In this document: positions 17,909 to 36,780 of the stretch, one piece after another
How the letters are laid out: every line of letters begins with the position of its first letter
How positions within the stretch are numbered: position 1 is the stretch's first letter
Source of the DNA: the human T2T-CHM13v2.0 reference genome, Homo sapiens
DNA length: 64,000 nucleotides
Assembly (NCBI RefSeq): GCF_009914755.1
Contig: NC_060929.1
Direction: 5' to 3' (one strand)
Position numbers and translations under genes: made by a program
The notes under the pieces: model-generated
Seen by the model: the letters and a program-made list of their open reading frames with translations, nothing else
Told to the model about the DNA's origin: nothing
Database searches by the model: none

Positions 17909-20900
17909 GTGTTAAAGGAAACAAAAACCACCACCGGAATGCCAATTTGCCAAGAGGGTAGAGTAAGTGTGGGGATCTCCAGCGTCATCCTATGAGCAGA
18001 CACGAGGTGGTGGGCAGTGCCCACTGTTCCTGGAGGGAGGTAAGAAATGGCCTGTTACTTGGAAGCTCCCCAAAGCAGGAAATGTGGGTTGTAATCAAGG
18101 TGGCCACAGTTTATCATCACCCCTCTAAGTGAAAGGGGCGCTAACAATAATTACACGGGCACAAAGGCATACATGGGCACACACTGGGGTAAAATGTGGA
18201 CACCATCGTTGCATTAGAATTGCTTATTGCTGATGTAAGCCTGGTGGGGGCACCTTCTTTTTTACATGAATAGGACATCTAAAAGTGAAGGCTACCGACT
18301 GTGGCACTGCGTTTGGCCTCTTTGAGGACAGAAGAGGTTGAGCCCCTCATCCCTGATTGGAGCTAAGAAGGCTTACTTTGGAGTCGAGGATAGAAACGGG
18401 AAGATGGAATGTTGAAACATGAGGAGGAGCTCGATAACTTGGCAGAATAGCACCAGAAACCAGATGCCACCCCACGGAGCTGGGCAGTCCAGTCTGTAGA
18501 AAGGTGCTCTGAAGGAGGTCCATGAGCAGGCAAGGACTGTGGAGCCTCCGGTTCCAGCTCTGCAGCTCTGCCTGGGACCCTCGTGGAAACTTACTCTAGT
18601 TAGGAGCAATTCCTCCAGGCCAAGAGAGGGCGCCCTGCACCCTCAGGCCTCGATGCATGCTGCTCTACCTCTCATCAGCCCACAGTCTGACACGAGGTCA
18701 TCTTTGGTCTGTGGTGAGGTATGGATGTCTGCAGTCTACACAACAGCCCTGCAGAACGGGCCTGGACAACCCTTGGGGGATAAGACAGCCACACATGGCT
18801 CAGGCTGTTAGGTGTCCACTGTCACAGTCCAAAGAGAAAGGTACGGCCTCCAAGGGGGCAGCTTAAGCCAACATGTAAGACTTGGGCACGATGAAAGGAC
18901 GGGGGTCCAGCTACGAATGTTTTTGTTCTTGATGTCAAGTTGCCAGCTACTGGAAGGCAGGAGCAGTTTCTTCTTTTTCCCACTCTGTGCTGGGTACTTG
19001 GGAGAGGCGAAATAAATACCAGACTGTCCACTCCTCAGCCTAAGGTCCTTCTCAAGTCCTGGCACACTCAGCACTTGCTCTTTAACGTGGCATATGTTCC
19101 CCCATCTTCCACCTGGTAATGAAATCCTCAGTGGGCGCAAACATTTTAGGGCCAAGAACATTGACTTGGAAATTGATTCTATGGCGTGGCCTTGTGGCAG
19201 AGGTTTAAAATGACTACCGTAACCTGGCATGGGCTCCAGCGATCCCCCAGTAGGGAAGGGCCATTAAAAGCGGTTTAAGCTGGAGCTCAGCTCTCCCGCA
19301 GTCTCAGCTGGGACGACATACACCCACCAATGGCAAAGAAAGATTCCGAGCAGAACATGTGAGCAAAGGCCTCTTTTATCAAGAGGTGGTCTTAGACTCA
19401 GGGTTTTCCAAATTTTTGGAGGTACCGCAAGCTGTCCGTTTGCCCTGGGATGTAAGGTAAAGTAGTTGTCACAATTGTGTTAATAAGCAGGGGTGAGGGG
19501 AAGAAAAAAAAATCTCTGCCCACCTTTTGGGCTGCCATTTGGCCTGTGACCTACTGAAATGTGTGAGCAAGGGGCGGGGGGAAGAGGCACCGAAATTCAG
19601 AGGGAGGGTCACTTGATTCCCTGGAAGCCCTCCGCACACTTCCCTGCTAATGGCAGAGAAAAGTCATGGACACGAGGGAAAGAACAACAACAACAAAACC
19701 AAACAAACCCAAACTCGAGATCTCAGTCCCAGCTTGGCCACTATTTGGACCTTCTCCCTCTGAACCTTAATTTTCTCACTATAGATCAGGGCTGGTCCTA
19801 TCCGCCTCACAGGCTTGCCGTAAGGATTAAAGGAGCGTGTGTGTTTAGGCACTGGTCACCAGCCCGGTGCTTGGCACCATTGTCACGATGGGCCTGGACA
19901 CTTTCTAGAGCCATGACTCCAGGGGAGTTCTGCATATGCGCCATCAATCGCTCACAGAATAGCGACCACAGTCCTGGATGGGGTAAATCTAAGTCCCCAG
20001 GCAAGGACAGCTAGGAGAGTGACTGGCCACCCTGACCCACCCACTGCCTGGGGAAGTGTCTACCATTGTAGGAAAAGGAGCTGGATACAGACGTCCTCAG
20101 GCCATAGATATGACTCAAGGAGAGAACAGTGAACAGAGAGGACTGTGGCTTCAGTACCCGCGGGTCATGTCAGAATAATCATCATCATCATAGCAAAAGA
20201 GAATGGCAGATTCTTTCATTTGCAGGAAAACTTTCTGCCTAGAGGAAGGCAGGGCAAGTCTGCTCCTACCCAGCTGACCCCCGGGAGGAAGGAATGAAGC
20301 AAGAGAGAAACTCCTTCAGTGAAGTCAGCAGACAGGACTCAAAGCTCTTCCAGCCAGGGATGGAGCCACACACATCCCAGTCTACTCAGCACCTAGCACA
20401 GAGTAGACACTCACAAAGTATCTGAAAGCGTCGCTGAAAGGCAAAGAGCAAATCAGAAAAAAACATGTGTTTTGTCTTTTGAAATGCAGTCAAATCTCAC
20501 ATAGCTTCACAAAAGTTGTTTAAACCAAAGTGGATCAAGAACTCAGGAAAACTGCCATGGGGCCTCCTCTCAAGGGAGGGGACCCTCAAGCGGTGGCGGC
20601 CCTTCCCCACCTCCCTTCTTCCCCTGGCTGCCATCTGCCCCCAACGCTCTGGGCACAGGGCCAAGTGGCAAGTGGGCCCTGCCCAAGCCTCTCTGGGAAA
20701 TGGGATTTGCAGGCCGACTGGACGAAGGCACTAAAGATGCTACAGGTGATCAGAGGAAGCTCCTCACGCAGAAGCAGCCAGCACCCACGTGATAGGGGGT
20801 GGAGCTGGGAGGCGCGGCAGAAGAGGGCTGTTCAAGCAAAACTTTGGCACTGCAGGTAGACACTGAGCATCCCCCCAAAAAACTGGCTTTGTGGGTCCAA

Positions 20901-21589
20901 AAGTATCTCGCCTGATGAACACTGTGAACTGGAGATCTCTGGGGCAGGGCAGGGTGGGGAGGGGCGGGGCAGGGCAGGGCAGGGCTGCCTCGGTCGGGTA
21001 GAATGGGAAGGGGTTCTGCTCTGCTCTCTTACTCTGGGCTGGGAGCTAGAAATGCTGGGTCCTGATTTTGCTTCTGCAGTGATTTAGTCATGCCTCTCCA
21101 GACCTCAGTTTGACAGATGACCACATCTGCCCTGGGTTTCTTCAAGGGAGAAAACAGATTTGGCAGTGCGTGAAAAAAGAAAAAAACATTACAAATGCCG
21201 GAGAGGCACAGGAAGCAGCTCTGCCTGGCCCTTGGTTACCTGCCTCCCTATGGGACCGCTGCATGCTATGCTCAGAGCCCTCCAGGCTGGCCCTCGAGGC
21301 CACCTCAGCTCCCGTTGCTCCATAAGCTCTATTCCCCAGGGGGCAACAGCTTAGAAGAGGGAACAGGGCTCTGTGTCAACCACCAGGACCCTGGCATTCT
21401 CCTGTCATGGAGATGCAGCTGTTGAGTCCAGGGCAGCCTTTGGTATAGGCTGCTGTGGGCTGGAGGGATGGTGGGTGTGGGAGCAGCCACGAATGCCCCC
21501 TCACCCCCCTCACAATGAAGCCACTTGGCCACCACTTAGCCAGCTTCTATCTCTTCCCTGCCTGGTTTGTCTTTTACAGAGGGGAGGGC

Positions 21590-21775
21590 ACAGGCACTGA
21601 AGTCAGGCAGGCCTGGACTCAAATCCTCTTCCCTCTTCCTCCTGGCTGGTGTGTCCTTGGGCACATGGAGCGTGAATTTCCTCATCTATAAAGGGAGGTT
21701 GTGAGGGTCAAAGCATGAATGCAAAGCGCCAAGTACAGTGTTTGGCACCCACGAGGCACTCAGCAAAGGGGTGCT
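21590..21775 (+). mobile_element. MIR fragment within 3' UTR (another near 19720-19880)
   Basis: ctggactcaaatcc...tgtccttgggc...ttcctcatctataaa MIR core. Confidence 0.65.
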
Positions 21776-22628
21776 CACAAGGGCACGACTTGTGAATGGG
21801 CCTCTTATTCAAACAAACTTTGAGATTCTTGCTTTAGGTAGGCAAAAATGAAATGCTCCAAGTTGGGGTGGGAACTCTCATTGAAAAGCCCTGGAGGGAC
21901 CGGAGCCTGCAGCAGCAAAGCGCAGCATACGCGGGGCTGGAACCACCCTTCAGGGCTGACCACGGTCCCAAGATAGAAGGTGGGAGGCAGGGCGGCTGAG
22001 CGGATCTCCAGGCCCACTCCTGGGGGAGCCGCATCCAGTGGAACCTCAGAGGCCCACGGGCCTGAGGCTTTGGGGAAGGGGACACTTTCCCTGGAACTGG
22101 TAATGGAATGCATTTCTTCAGGATGAAGTTCCTTCTGGTAGCAGGCAATTTAGGAGGAGTGAATAAAGCCACTGGGCTTTTAGAAACATGAAGAAGTTGG
22201 AGCAAAAGTCATCATGGACTGGGTTGGCTGCCCCTTACTGTGCCATGTCCAAGCCATGAGAGACCCTTGCTGGAGTTTCTCCAGGCAATGGGATCCAGTC
22301 CTGGAGGTCTTGGAGAGTCTTGGTCCCACTGCTGGGTGGCAATGCCATTGGCCAGGAGGAGTTCTCTTAAGGCAGGGATGCTGACATGGACAGAAAGCAA
22401 AGGCTGTGGGTTCTGAGCCTCCAGTGATGCTGTGATAGGAGGGATCAGGCCCAGGGGCGCCCGAGGTGTCCGAAACTCACTCTCCACCCATGGGAGGCAA
22501 GAAGTCACAGTACCCCAGAGTCTGTCTGCCTTGGAAGCTGCGTGGAGAATGATAAATTAAGAGGCGTATTAAATACGTGGGTAAAGCCAGCAAGGACCAG
22601 CGGGCCCTCTAGGCAGAAAGGGAGTCGG

Positions 22629-24206
<1,578 letters not shown>

Positions 24207-24836
24207 CTACGATGCCAGGGCCAGCAGATGGAATGGTTTGGCAGAACCCATGTGCAACTGGAGCTCTAGAAGCTGTCACTGTGTACTCAGCAGCTCCTCT
24301 GACAAGGTCTACAGGGACCACCAATGGAGATGTTACCATGTTCCGGGAATATCTTACATGGGGGGAGAGTCTTGTCGTATGGGACTCCCCCTAAAGCAGT
24401 CCATGAGATGTGGCCTTGGGTATAGGTACTTAATTTGAGAGTTGGTCCTAGGAAATACAAGTAAGGAAGTAGACAGAGAAAGAAGGGAAAGGGAGAGGCC
24501 AATTATGAGCAAGTTATTGCTCGGGGCCATGGGGCTTGATCTGCCAGGGACCCTCTGAGAGACCACAAAGACAGTGCCTCAGAACGGGTCCCTCTGGGGA
24601 TGCGTGCATTTATCTATTGACTCTCAGCTCCTCCCTACCCAGGGTATTAACTCCTCTCCCCTTCTGGGAAGCTGTCGGCTTGCAGGGACCTGTGTGTAGG
24701 CGCAGGTGAATTCAGGTGGATCAGAGGCACCGGCAGCGTCTGCTACAATTCTAAAGACAAGGCAGAAGTCAGAGCTACCCTTGATCCTGGCTTCTTTGGC
24801 TGAGCATCGGATGAAGAAGTTAGCTGGCATTTATAG

Positions 24837-25242
<406 letters not shown>

Positions 25243-25402
25243 TAGAGTAGATTTTCATCGTGTCCCTACTTCCCTGTGGGATACACGCCTGTTGGCTGGA
25301 ATGGTGGGTGGAATCACTCATGTTGTCTAAGATCTTGTTCTCTGTCTCTTTTTTGTCCAGCACTGCGTGGCTGAATTCACACAGGTGAAAGGTGTGCTCG
25401 CT

Positions 25403-26510
<1,108 letters not shown>

Positions 26511-26707
26511 CTGCAATTCCCTGGTAGGCTCTCTCTGGACTCGGAAGATCTGATGAACGCTCATGACACCCTGTGAGTGGGGAACTGTCACCTCATTTTA
26601 CGCATGCAGAACAGAGCCTCAGGAGAGCTGAGGAACACACAGCGGGTCCTGTAGAAGGGCCGTCGATCGGAGGAGAGTCAAAGGCAGCGGGGTGGGCTTC
26701 AGAGTCA

Positions 26708-27206
<499 letters not shown>

Positions 27207-27778
27207 TTACTGCCTGAGTGGCCTGGGGCAAGCCACGTGCCTCAGATTCCACATCACAGAAGGAAAATGGTAAGAACAATTTAACACCCACTTGTAGAAT
27301 TTTTGCAGCCGCAAGAGCTAATGCATACAACAGCACTTGGTAAATAATGCTGCTGCGATTAAATTAGAGTGGAGGTCACTGAGCCAGCGGGATGCACTTG
27401 ACAGGCAGCACTTAATGAGTCCCACTGGAATCTCCAGGAAAGGCCACTGATAAATGTAAGCTGTTTATGTGAGGATGACTGGCATCTTATCAACGCTTGA
27501 TAGCTCTGGTAAAAATTACAGGCCACACTGGGCATACGAGTCATCATCAGCACATCCATGAATTCAACAACACTAATACTTAAGTCTGTATGTGAGGAAC
27601 TGAAAATAGGGTAATCAATATTAGATGTATCAGTAAGATTTGTCAAGCTTACACTCTTTGCAAAGTATTGTGGTAGAAGCTCTGAACATGTGTGTTCTGA
27701 ACCATGAGGAATGGGCGTTTTCATTTACTAGAGGGAAGCCAAGAACTACTAGGAATAAAAGCAAATGCAAGATCAGAA

Positions 27779-28080
<302 letters not shown>

Positions 28081-28348
28081 TCACAAGAATGAGGGGAAAG
28101 AAAAGAGTGTGGGCTTTAAAACCAGAAAGACCTGGTTTCACAACTCCATTGCTTACTAGCTGTGTTACTAGAGGCAAATAATTTACCTAACCCCCCTGAG
28201 TCTCATCTATAAAACATGCTGATAGAAAAAAAAAAAAGAAAAACAAACTAACCAACCAACCCTATGATGCTGGTATTTTGACCTCTTGGGACTTCTGTGA
28301 AGATCAGTTATCAAGGAGGTAAGGTACCTGACACAGAAGAGGTGCCTA

Positions 28349-28381
28349 TATCATCATCATCATCATCATCATCATTATCAT
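28349..28381. repeat. (ATC)n trinucleotide repeat
   Basis: Seen directly. Confidence 0.9.
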
Positions 28382-28548
28382 AACACATCCTGAAGATAAA
28401 CAGCCTAGACAAGTAACTAAGGTGTTACTGGTAGCCCTACTGCTAGAATGCTGTGGTTCCATTAATGAATTTTGAAGGCTAAGATAATGTTGCAATGAGC
28501 CAGGAAGCAAAACTGGAGAAGAGAAAAACAGAGCATATGGATCTATCA

Positions 28549-28928
<380 letters not shown>

Positions 28929-29159
28929 CTATAATGGATTAAAACACAATTCAGAATTTTCCCAAATCTCATCCCTTTAGCCCTTCACTCAGATAATAGC
29001 AAAGTGAAAACACAAAAGGATTTCCTTCTAGTGAAACATGAAGATACTTCAATGCCTCTGGAAGCAGGGGCCAGAGGATGCAGAACTAGCCTCTCGACTG
29101 TAGTACACAGCAAGGCCTGGGCCAGATGTTGTGCCTGGTGGAGCTGCTGGCAAGCTGGA

Positions 29160-29400
29160 GTAAGGGAAAAGGAAGGAGGAGGATGGAAGAAAGGCAGGAA
29201 GGAGGATGGAGGAAAGGAAGGAAGGAGGGAGAGAAAGAAAGAAGGAGGAAGGAGGGAGGAAAGAGAGAAGGAGGGAAAGGAGGGAGGAAAGGAAGAAGGG
29301 AAGGAAAACAAAGGAAGGAGGAAGGAGGAAGGAAGGAGGGAGGGAAGGAAAGAAGGAGGGAAGGAAGAAGGGAAGGAAGGAGGGAAGGAAGGAATGAAGG
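29160..29400. repeat. GA-rich (GGAA/GGAG) low-complexity tract
   Basis: Seen directly. Confidence 0.92.
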
Positions 29401-29999
29401 CGTGCAGGCAGGCAGGCTATAGTCCTTCCTGGAATATAGCCAGGAAGGAAGGGAGGGGCCCTAAAGAGGTATGCTGGAGTGAACTGATCAATGGTGTCTA
29501 CTGCCCTGTGCCATCAGACAGTGCTCTGTGCCAGGGACCAGAGCTGTGTTCTTTAAAGGAAAGAGGATGGTGACGACAACTCTTCAGGGCCTAGAAAAGC
29601 AGCCGCCACACACAACCATAGTAGGAGATCCAGGAGCATTTTATTTGTTGCAGAGATGAATAAATTGAACCTTGGCCTCCCAAGGTGAGGTGGGGAGGGT
29701 CTGACCAACTCTTACACATGACAGAGTGAATTTGGTGATACCTGTGATTGGCTCACCTGCTTTTGAAAGTGTCTCAAGAACCATCTTTGCCAAAGGTTTC
29801 CAAACCCTGGCCCTAGCTGCCATCCCCTTACTTACAGGTTTTCTTGCAAATATGAGAAAGAAATATCTTGAAGCTCTAACCCCATGAGGAAAGGAAAGAG
29901 AAATGCAGGAAGAGAATCTGGGGAACAAAGTAGACAAACAGAGAGAGTGGGAAGAAAAGGAGAGAGGAGAAGCAAGAACGGAGGTGGGAGGTGGTAAAG

Positions 30000-30282
30000 A
30001 AAGGCATACAGCCAGTCACACAAGACCACATACTGTGGGATTTCATCTATATGAAATGTCTAAAACAGGCACATCTATGGGGACAGAAAGTGGATTGGTG
30101 GCTGCCTAGGGGCTGGCAAGTTGAGGGGAAATGGAGGGTGGCTGTTGATGGGTAAGGAGTTTCTTTTTGTTCTGGAATTAGACAGTGGTGAGGGTTGTGC
30201 AACCCTGTGAATATCATAAGCCGCTGAATTTTACACTTAAAATTGTAAACTGTATGGTATGTGAACCATAAAGCTGTTAATC
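30000..30282 (+). mobile_element. Old L1M 3' end fragment
   Basis: tatatgaaatgtctaaaacaggc...acagaaagtggattggtggctgcctagggg. Confidence 0.72.
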
Positions 30283-30354
30283 TCCGCCCCACCTCCACCC
30301 ACCCAGTGAAGTAGGAGGTGACAGGGGAGAAGTAGGAGGTGATGCCTGGAATCA

Positions 30355-30528
<174 letters not shown>

Positions 30529-31540
30529 TCACACACAGGGTTATCTCCAAGGCTAAGTGCACTCCTGCGACCCTGTGTCAGGGGGAGTCTAAGGGCCTGG
30601 GGCATGCAATCACCCTTAAGGGGGTGCTGGGGACCTAGTTGGATTCTAAGGGACAACACAAATAGGACCACGCAGTTTGTCACTCCTCGGTGAGACCTCA
30701 CTGGCCCATCAGCTTTAGGGAGATGGGAAGAAACACGGGACATTTGGGTACAATCATGAGAATTTGGAGCAAGACAATATTCTCTGAAATAAGAGGCAGT
30801 GAGGGTTGTGGAGGGAGCTTAAGTTTATTAGTAGATCTATCTGGGTTGGAAACACTGATGGTGGGAGTGTCCTTGGGCAAATCACCCCCTTCTGGAGCCT
30901 CAGTTTTCTCTCCTGCAGAGTGGGCATAACAGTGTCTACCTGGTGGGGTTGCTTCAAGTATTAAATTAGTTAATGTTGTGAGGCAATCGGCACGCTGCAT
31001 GGCACGCAACAGGTGCTTGATAAATAGCAGACATTAAAAAAATACAACCCCAAAAGAGCAAGACCCCGTCTCAAAAACCAATGCAAACAAATAAAAAAAA
31101 CCCCAAAACCCAACAACAACCCATTGGGTTCAAAGTATTGGCTAAAAAGGTACCTAGAGAATTTTACATAATGGATTATGAGCGCAGAATATCAGAATGG
31201 GACCACAGATGATATTTGTGTCTCATCTCAGCTTGGGCCTCAAGTCGCCTGAGAAGACTGATCTAAGACCAAGAGAAGGGCCCAGGGAGCAGAAGGCAGG
31301 TCCTGAGGCCCAACTGTCACAGGAGCACTCTGGCCCCGCGGGCAAACTGTTTCACCTGCCTGCACCTCCGTCTTTCCACCTGCGAGTGGGACTAGCATTT
31401 CTACAGCCTGCTTCACAAGGCTGTTGTGTGGACAGGAAAGAGAGCATTTCTGGAAGGGCGAGGGGTGTGTGAGGGGCTAGTGGACACCCCTCACAGCCCT
31501 CAAGTCAGTGGCCACTCCCCAGTAGCGAGGATCCACTTAC

Positions 31541-31590
31541 AATGGTCATGTCCCGGCGAGGAGGGGGTCTCTGCCTCATCTTTGGTGATC
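31541..31590 (-). CDS. SH3PXD2B: SH3PXD2B exon 11 (SPKMRQRPPPRRDMTI)
   Basis: ttctccatag|GATCACCA...ACCATT|gtaagt, 50 nt, phase 1-0. Confidence 0.95.
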
Positions 31591-32525
31591 CTATGGAGAA
31601 ATGAGAGCTTATTACATCTTGTGCTACAGATGAGATTCCTGAGCTGGGTGCCAGGTCGGGTCTATTTTCTCCTGCAGAAGATTGAACACAGGCGTCTGCA
31701 TGCTGCTGCAACCCTCCCTGTGAGAACAGCCTGGGCAGGAAGGAGCTGCTCACGCGTGGCTCATAGTTGGCTCAGGACTCTCTCGACGTAGCTTTTCTTG
31801 CATCTTTTCTACACAGGAATGAAAGGGGATGGTGCTGGATCCTCAAGTCATGGAAATTCTCCAGAAAGGGCAAAAAGCAAAGTCTTCAGAATAACACAGA
31901 GATGGGTCCCAATCCAGCTCTGAGGCTCACAGCTGCTGGCATTGGACAGATGATTGGATTCTCTGAGCCACAAGGCCCTCATCTGTAGAACTGGCATAAT
32001 GTGTGTCACCCAGGGCAGCGGTGAGGATGAAAGGAAACATCTGTGAAGCTCTTGGCATGTGGCAGGCATGCAGTGAATGTTATCTGCACCTGGTTTTGTG
32101 CTCTAGAACAACCCAAACGCAACAATACACAAACACACTGAACCAAACACACTTGGGCCGATGACTCAGGGGTTTATACTCTCGAGGCAGCTGCCCTGGC
32201 TCTGGGTCTCAGGGCCAGGAGGATGAGGACTTTGCAGTGGTCCAAGGCTCCTGGCTAAAGGCAGAATGTTGGCCAGGTTCAGCACGGGTCCATACAGAAG
32301 GGTAGTTTGGCGTTGGGGTGCGGAGGAGACTGCTAATCCCTTAAATTCCCATTTACCTGTCTTCTGTTAGAATAAATAGCAACAGAGTATTGGCCAAGAC
32401 ACTTAGCTGTCTATATAGACTTCATTTTCCAGTCACCCTTGCAGCCAGGTATTGCCACGTGACTCAGTTCTGGCAGTGGGATGTAAGACAAAGTAGAAAG
32501 TGTGTGGCTTCTGAGCTGTGTACAC

Positions 32526-32641
32526 AGTAGCCAGTGTGACCACTGTGAGATAGCAGAAGGAATGCAACCTGGGATGGGAAAGCAACGCCTTTTTTTTTTT
32601 AAATGGAGTTTCGCTCTTGTCACCCAGGCTGGAGTGCAATG
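32526..32641 (+). repeat. Dispersed direct duplicate of 34024-34156
   Basis: Near-identical unique flank + Alu tail + Alu fragment. Confidence 0.9.
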
Positions 32642-32847
32642 CACTGCTTTTCATTGGCTGGACTAGTAGTGAGCCGTTCTGGACCGAGGGATGAGGGCAA
32701 CAAGATAGATGTGGAGTAATAAGACTCTTGATTGCCTGGAGCTGCCATATTAACCCTGAACATATACACAGACTGTTTTGTGAGAAAGAAATACATATCT
32801 AGATCGTTTATTGGATGTGTGTATATGTGTATATTCAGTGGTGGTAG

Positions 32848-33267
<420 letters not shown>

Positions 33268-34046
33268 TAACAAAGACATTGAGGCTGCAGATTTTCATTT
33301 GCTCCTCTAGAGTTAATGGGAATACATCTAACCTCTTGGCCATGATTGACAGATTAGAATCACACAAACTCGGGGATGGCCAGAACCCCTGCCACAGCAT
33401 GTGAGAAAACATGATCAGTGACTTCTCAGGGCAGCTGAGCAAAGTACGAAACTTGGTTGACGGACTCAAGAAGTTCACTGCCACTTAAAAACAGCTGGAG
33501 AAGCCCCGCCAGGGGCAGTGGCCTCATCTCTGTGGGTAGCTGGAAGTCCTTTCTCAACAGAGTTCACCTGCCCTGCACGGCCAAGACAGGATCATGGGCA
33601 CTGTGCGTAAGTCCTGGGCACCAGCGTGCCCATGCAGACATGGTATGGTAGCCAGTGTGACCAGGCCGACAACAGTAATGAACTCTACTCTCAGGTGTGT
33701 TGGGAACATTAAATGGTAAAATATACACGAGGAGGCTTTGAAAAGCAAGATGGGAGAGGCACTGTGTTGGAGTAGAGCCCACAAGGCCATCTTCTTCCTC
33801 TGGCTTAGAAACGAGGCCACATGGAGCAATAGAGAGCACAGCACTCCCCAGGTTCAAGTCCCCGCCCCTGCCGTCTACTAGCTGGGGGCCTTGGGCACAC
33901 CCTCTCACCCTTCAGACTCCCAATCTGTAAAACAGAAAAAGTAGTAATTCCCTCAAAGGTAGTTATGAGGAGTCGATTAGACTAATTAGAAGGTTTCTGG
34001 CATGTAGCAGGTGCTTGAAAAAGAGTAGCCAGTGTGACCACTGTGA

Positions 34047-34448
<402 letters not shown>

Positions 34449-34599
34449 TAAGTTACCCGGGGTTTCTGGGCCTCTGTTTTCTTATCTGGAGGATGGGGGA
34501 GCAGCTGGGCTGCTGTGAGGATGAGGGACGATGTGAGACGCCTTGAGCACAGAGCTGGCACACAGGGGCCCTGATTATCAGGAGCTTGGGCGGGTGTCA

Positions 34600-34905
<306 letters not shown>

Positions 34906-35384
34906 TCACATGACAGGTCCCAGGGAGCAGGAACGACGGGTTGTGACTGCCCAGGGCAAGAGGTTGGCACACACTGTGCATTTCCTCTTGATGATGCCTA
35001 AGCCCTGAGCTTGGTATTTTCAAGGCCTTTCCAACCCGGCCTCTACTTGCCCCTCTTACAGCACCCACCATGTCCCACCCAGCCAGCAGGGCACCAGCCT
35101 GGGCTCTGAATCTCTGTGCTTTGCTGCCTCTTCCCAGCAGCCCCAGCTCTGGGGCCAAAGCCTGGCATAGACAGATGGAGATCTGTTCACGCTGATGAAC
35201 GTGGAGATTAAACATGCTTTCATATGGGATTAGCAGGTTGAGGGCTGGGTCCAGGGCTCGCCAAGTGGCAGCTGGCCATCACTAAACCGCAGAGTGATCG
35301 AGACCCTGACAGAGCAGCTCAGTGTCCTCCCAAAAGGGACTTCAATGAGTGTCATCATCTCTTAATCCTCTGCAGGAGACATTC

Positions 35385-35668
35385 AGTTTTTGAGATAGGG
35401 TCTCCCTGTCACCCAGGCCAGAGTGCAGTGGTTCGATCATAGCTCACTGCAGCCTTGAACTCCTGGGCTCAAGCGATTCTCCCAACTCAGTCTCCTACGT
35501 AGCTGGAATTACAGGTACACACCACCATGCCCAGCTATTTATTATTTCTTGTAGAGATGGGGTGTTGCTATGTTGCTCAGGCTGGTCTTGAGCTCCTAGA
35601 CTCAAGTGATCTTCCTGTCTCGGCCTCCCAAAGTGTTGGGATTACAGGTGTGAGCCACCACGCTTGGC
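35385..35668 (-). mobile_element. Alu (AluJ-like)
   Basis: Antisense dimer. Confidence 0.88.
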
Positions 35669-35712
35669 CAGAATTCAGTTTAACAGCAATGACCAGAGGG
35701 GCCAATCTAGAC

Positions 35713-35908
35713 CAGGGGTGTGCTGCAGTCAGTCACACCAGCTGTGACAGCCAGTTGGGCACATCTCTCCCAATCTCTACATTTAGTGACATCACACTGA
35801 TAGCTTGAAATTGACCATGGTGGCAGTATTTGCACCATGGCAACTGGCAAACACTGTAACTCAGAGTATTTTTCCTTGGAGAGCTGGTTGTTAAACATTT
35901 ACCAGAAC
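35713..35908. mobile_element. MER63-like hAT DNA transposon relic
   Basis: agcttgaaattgaccatggtggcagtatttgcacc...gagagctggttgttaaacatttaccag. Confidence 0.72.
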
Positions 35909-36484
35909 CCAAAAAAACAGGTGGCCAGACCTTTGGGGAAAGTTGAACAGACCCAATGGCAGGGCTGAATCTCTTGTCAAGAATTAATTTAAGAACTAAA
36001 TAGCATTGGGTTTTAATGCAAAAAAAAAAAGGTCTCTCTTGACTGGAAGCAAATTTAAAAGGAGGTAGAAATCTGCAGTTTAGTGTCTATCAATCTTAAA
36101 ATATGCTCTGAGAGGGAATATCCTAATTAGAAAGTGCCAGGCTGTATATAACCCACACGCTCAGTTTGACATAGTTCATTGTTTGGGGACACAGAGCCAT
36201 AAGATGGGAGGCGATGTGCAGTGCTGACTGGGCTCTGGGGTGAGAAGGGAATGGGCTGAAATCCTGACTGTCACTTTCTAGCATCAGTCAGATCTTGAGA
36301 TGACTGCAGCCCTTACTGACATCCTAACTATAACCTCGGGAGAGACCTTGAGTCTAATTAAGCCACTGCTGAATTCCAGAGCCACTAACTTTTGGGACAA
36401 TTTATTATGCAGCAAGATAACATACTATTCAATATATGTTTGTTATCCTTTTTTAAAAAGTTTAAAAAAACTAATGTCTTTAAA

Positions 36485-36767
36485 TTTTAGAGACAGGGTC
36501 TTGTTGTGCTGCCTAGGCTGGAGTGGCACCATCATAGCTCATCGCAGCCTCAAACTCTTGGGCTCGAGTGATCCTCCTGCCTCAGCCTCCTGGGTAGCTG
36601 GGACTACAGGCGTGCATCACCATGCCTGGCTAATTTAAAAGATTTTTATGTAGAGATGGGATCATGCTATGTTGCCCGGGCTGGTCTTGAATTCCTGGCC
36701 TCAAGTGATCCTCCTGCCTTACCTCCTCAAGTACTGGGATTACAGGCATGAGCCACCGTGCCAGGCC
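36485..36767 (-). mobile_element. Alu (AluJ-like)
   Basis: Antisense dimer. Confidence 0.88.
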
Positions 36768-36780
36768 CATGCCTGCTATT

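Larger units (their letters stand above)
17760..22628 (-). other. SH3PXD2B: SH3PXD2B 3' UTR (~4.9 kb)
   Basis: Alu-free stretch following the stop codon, ending at AATAAA signals; exact end approximate. Confidence 0.85.
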
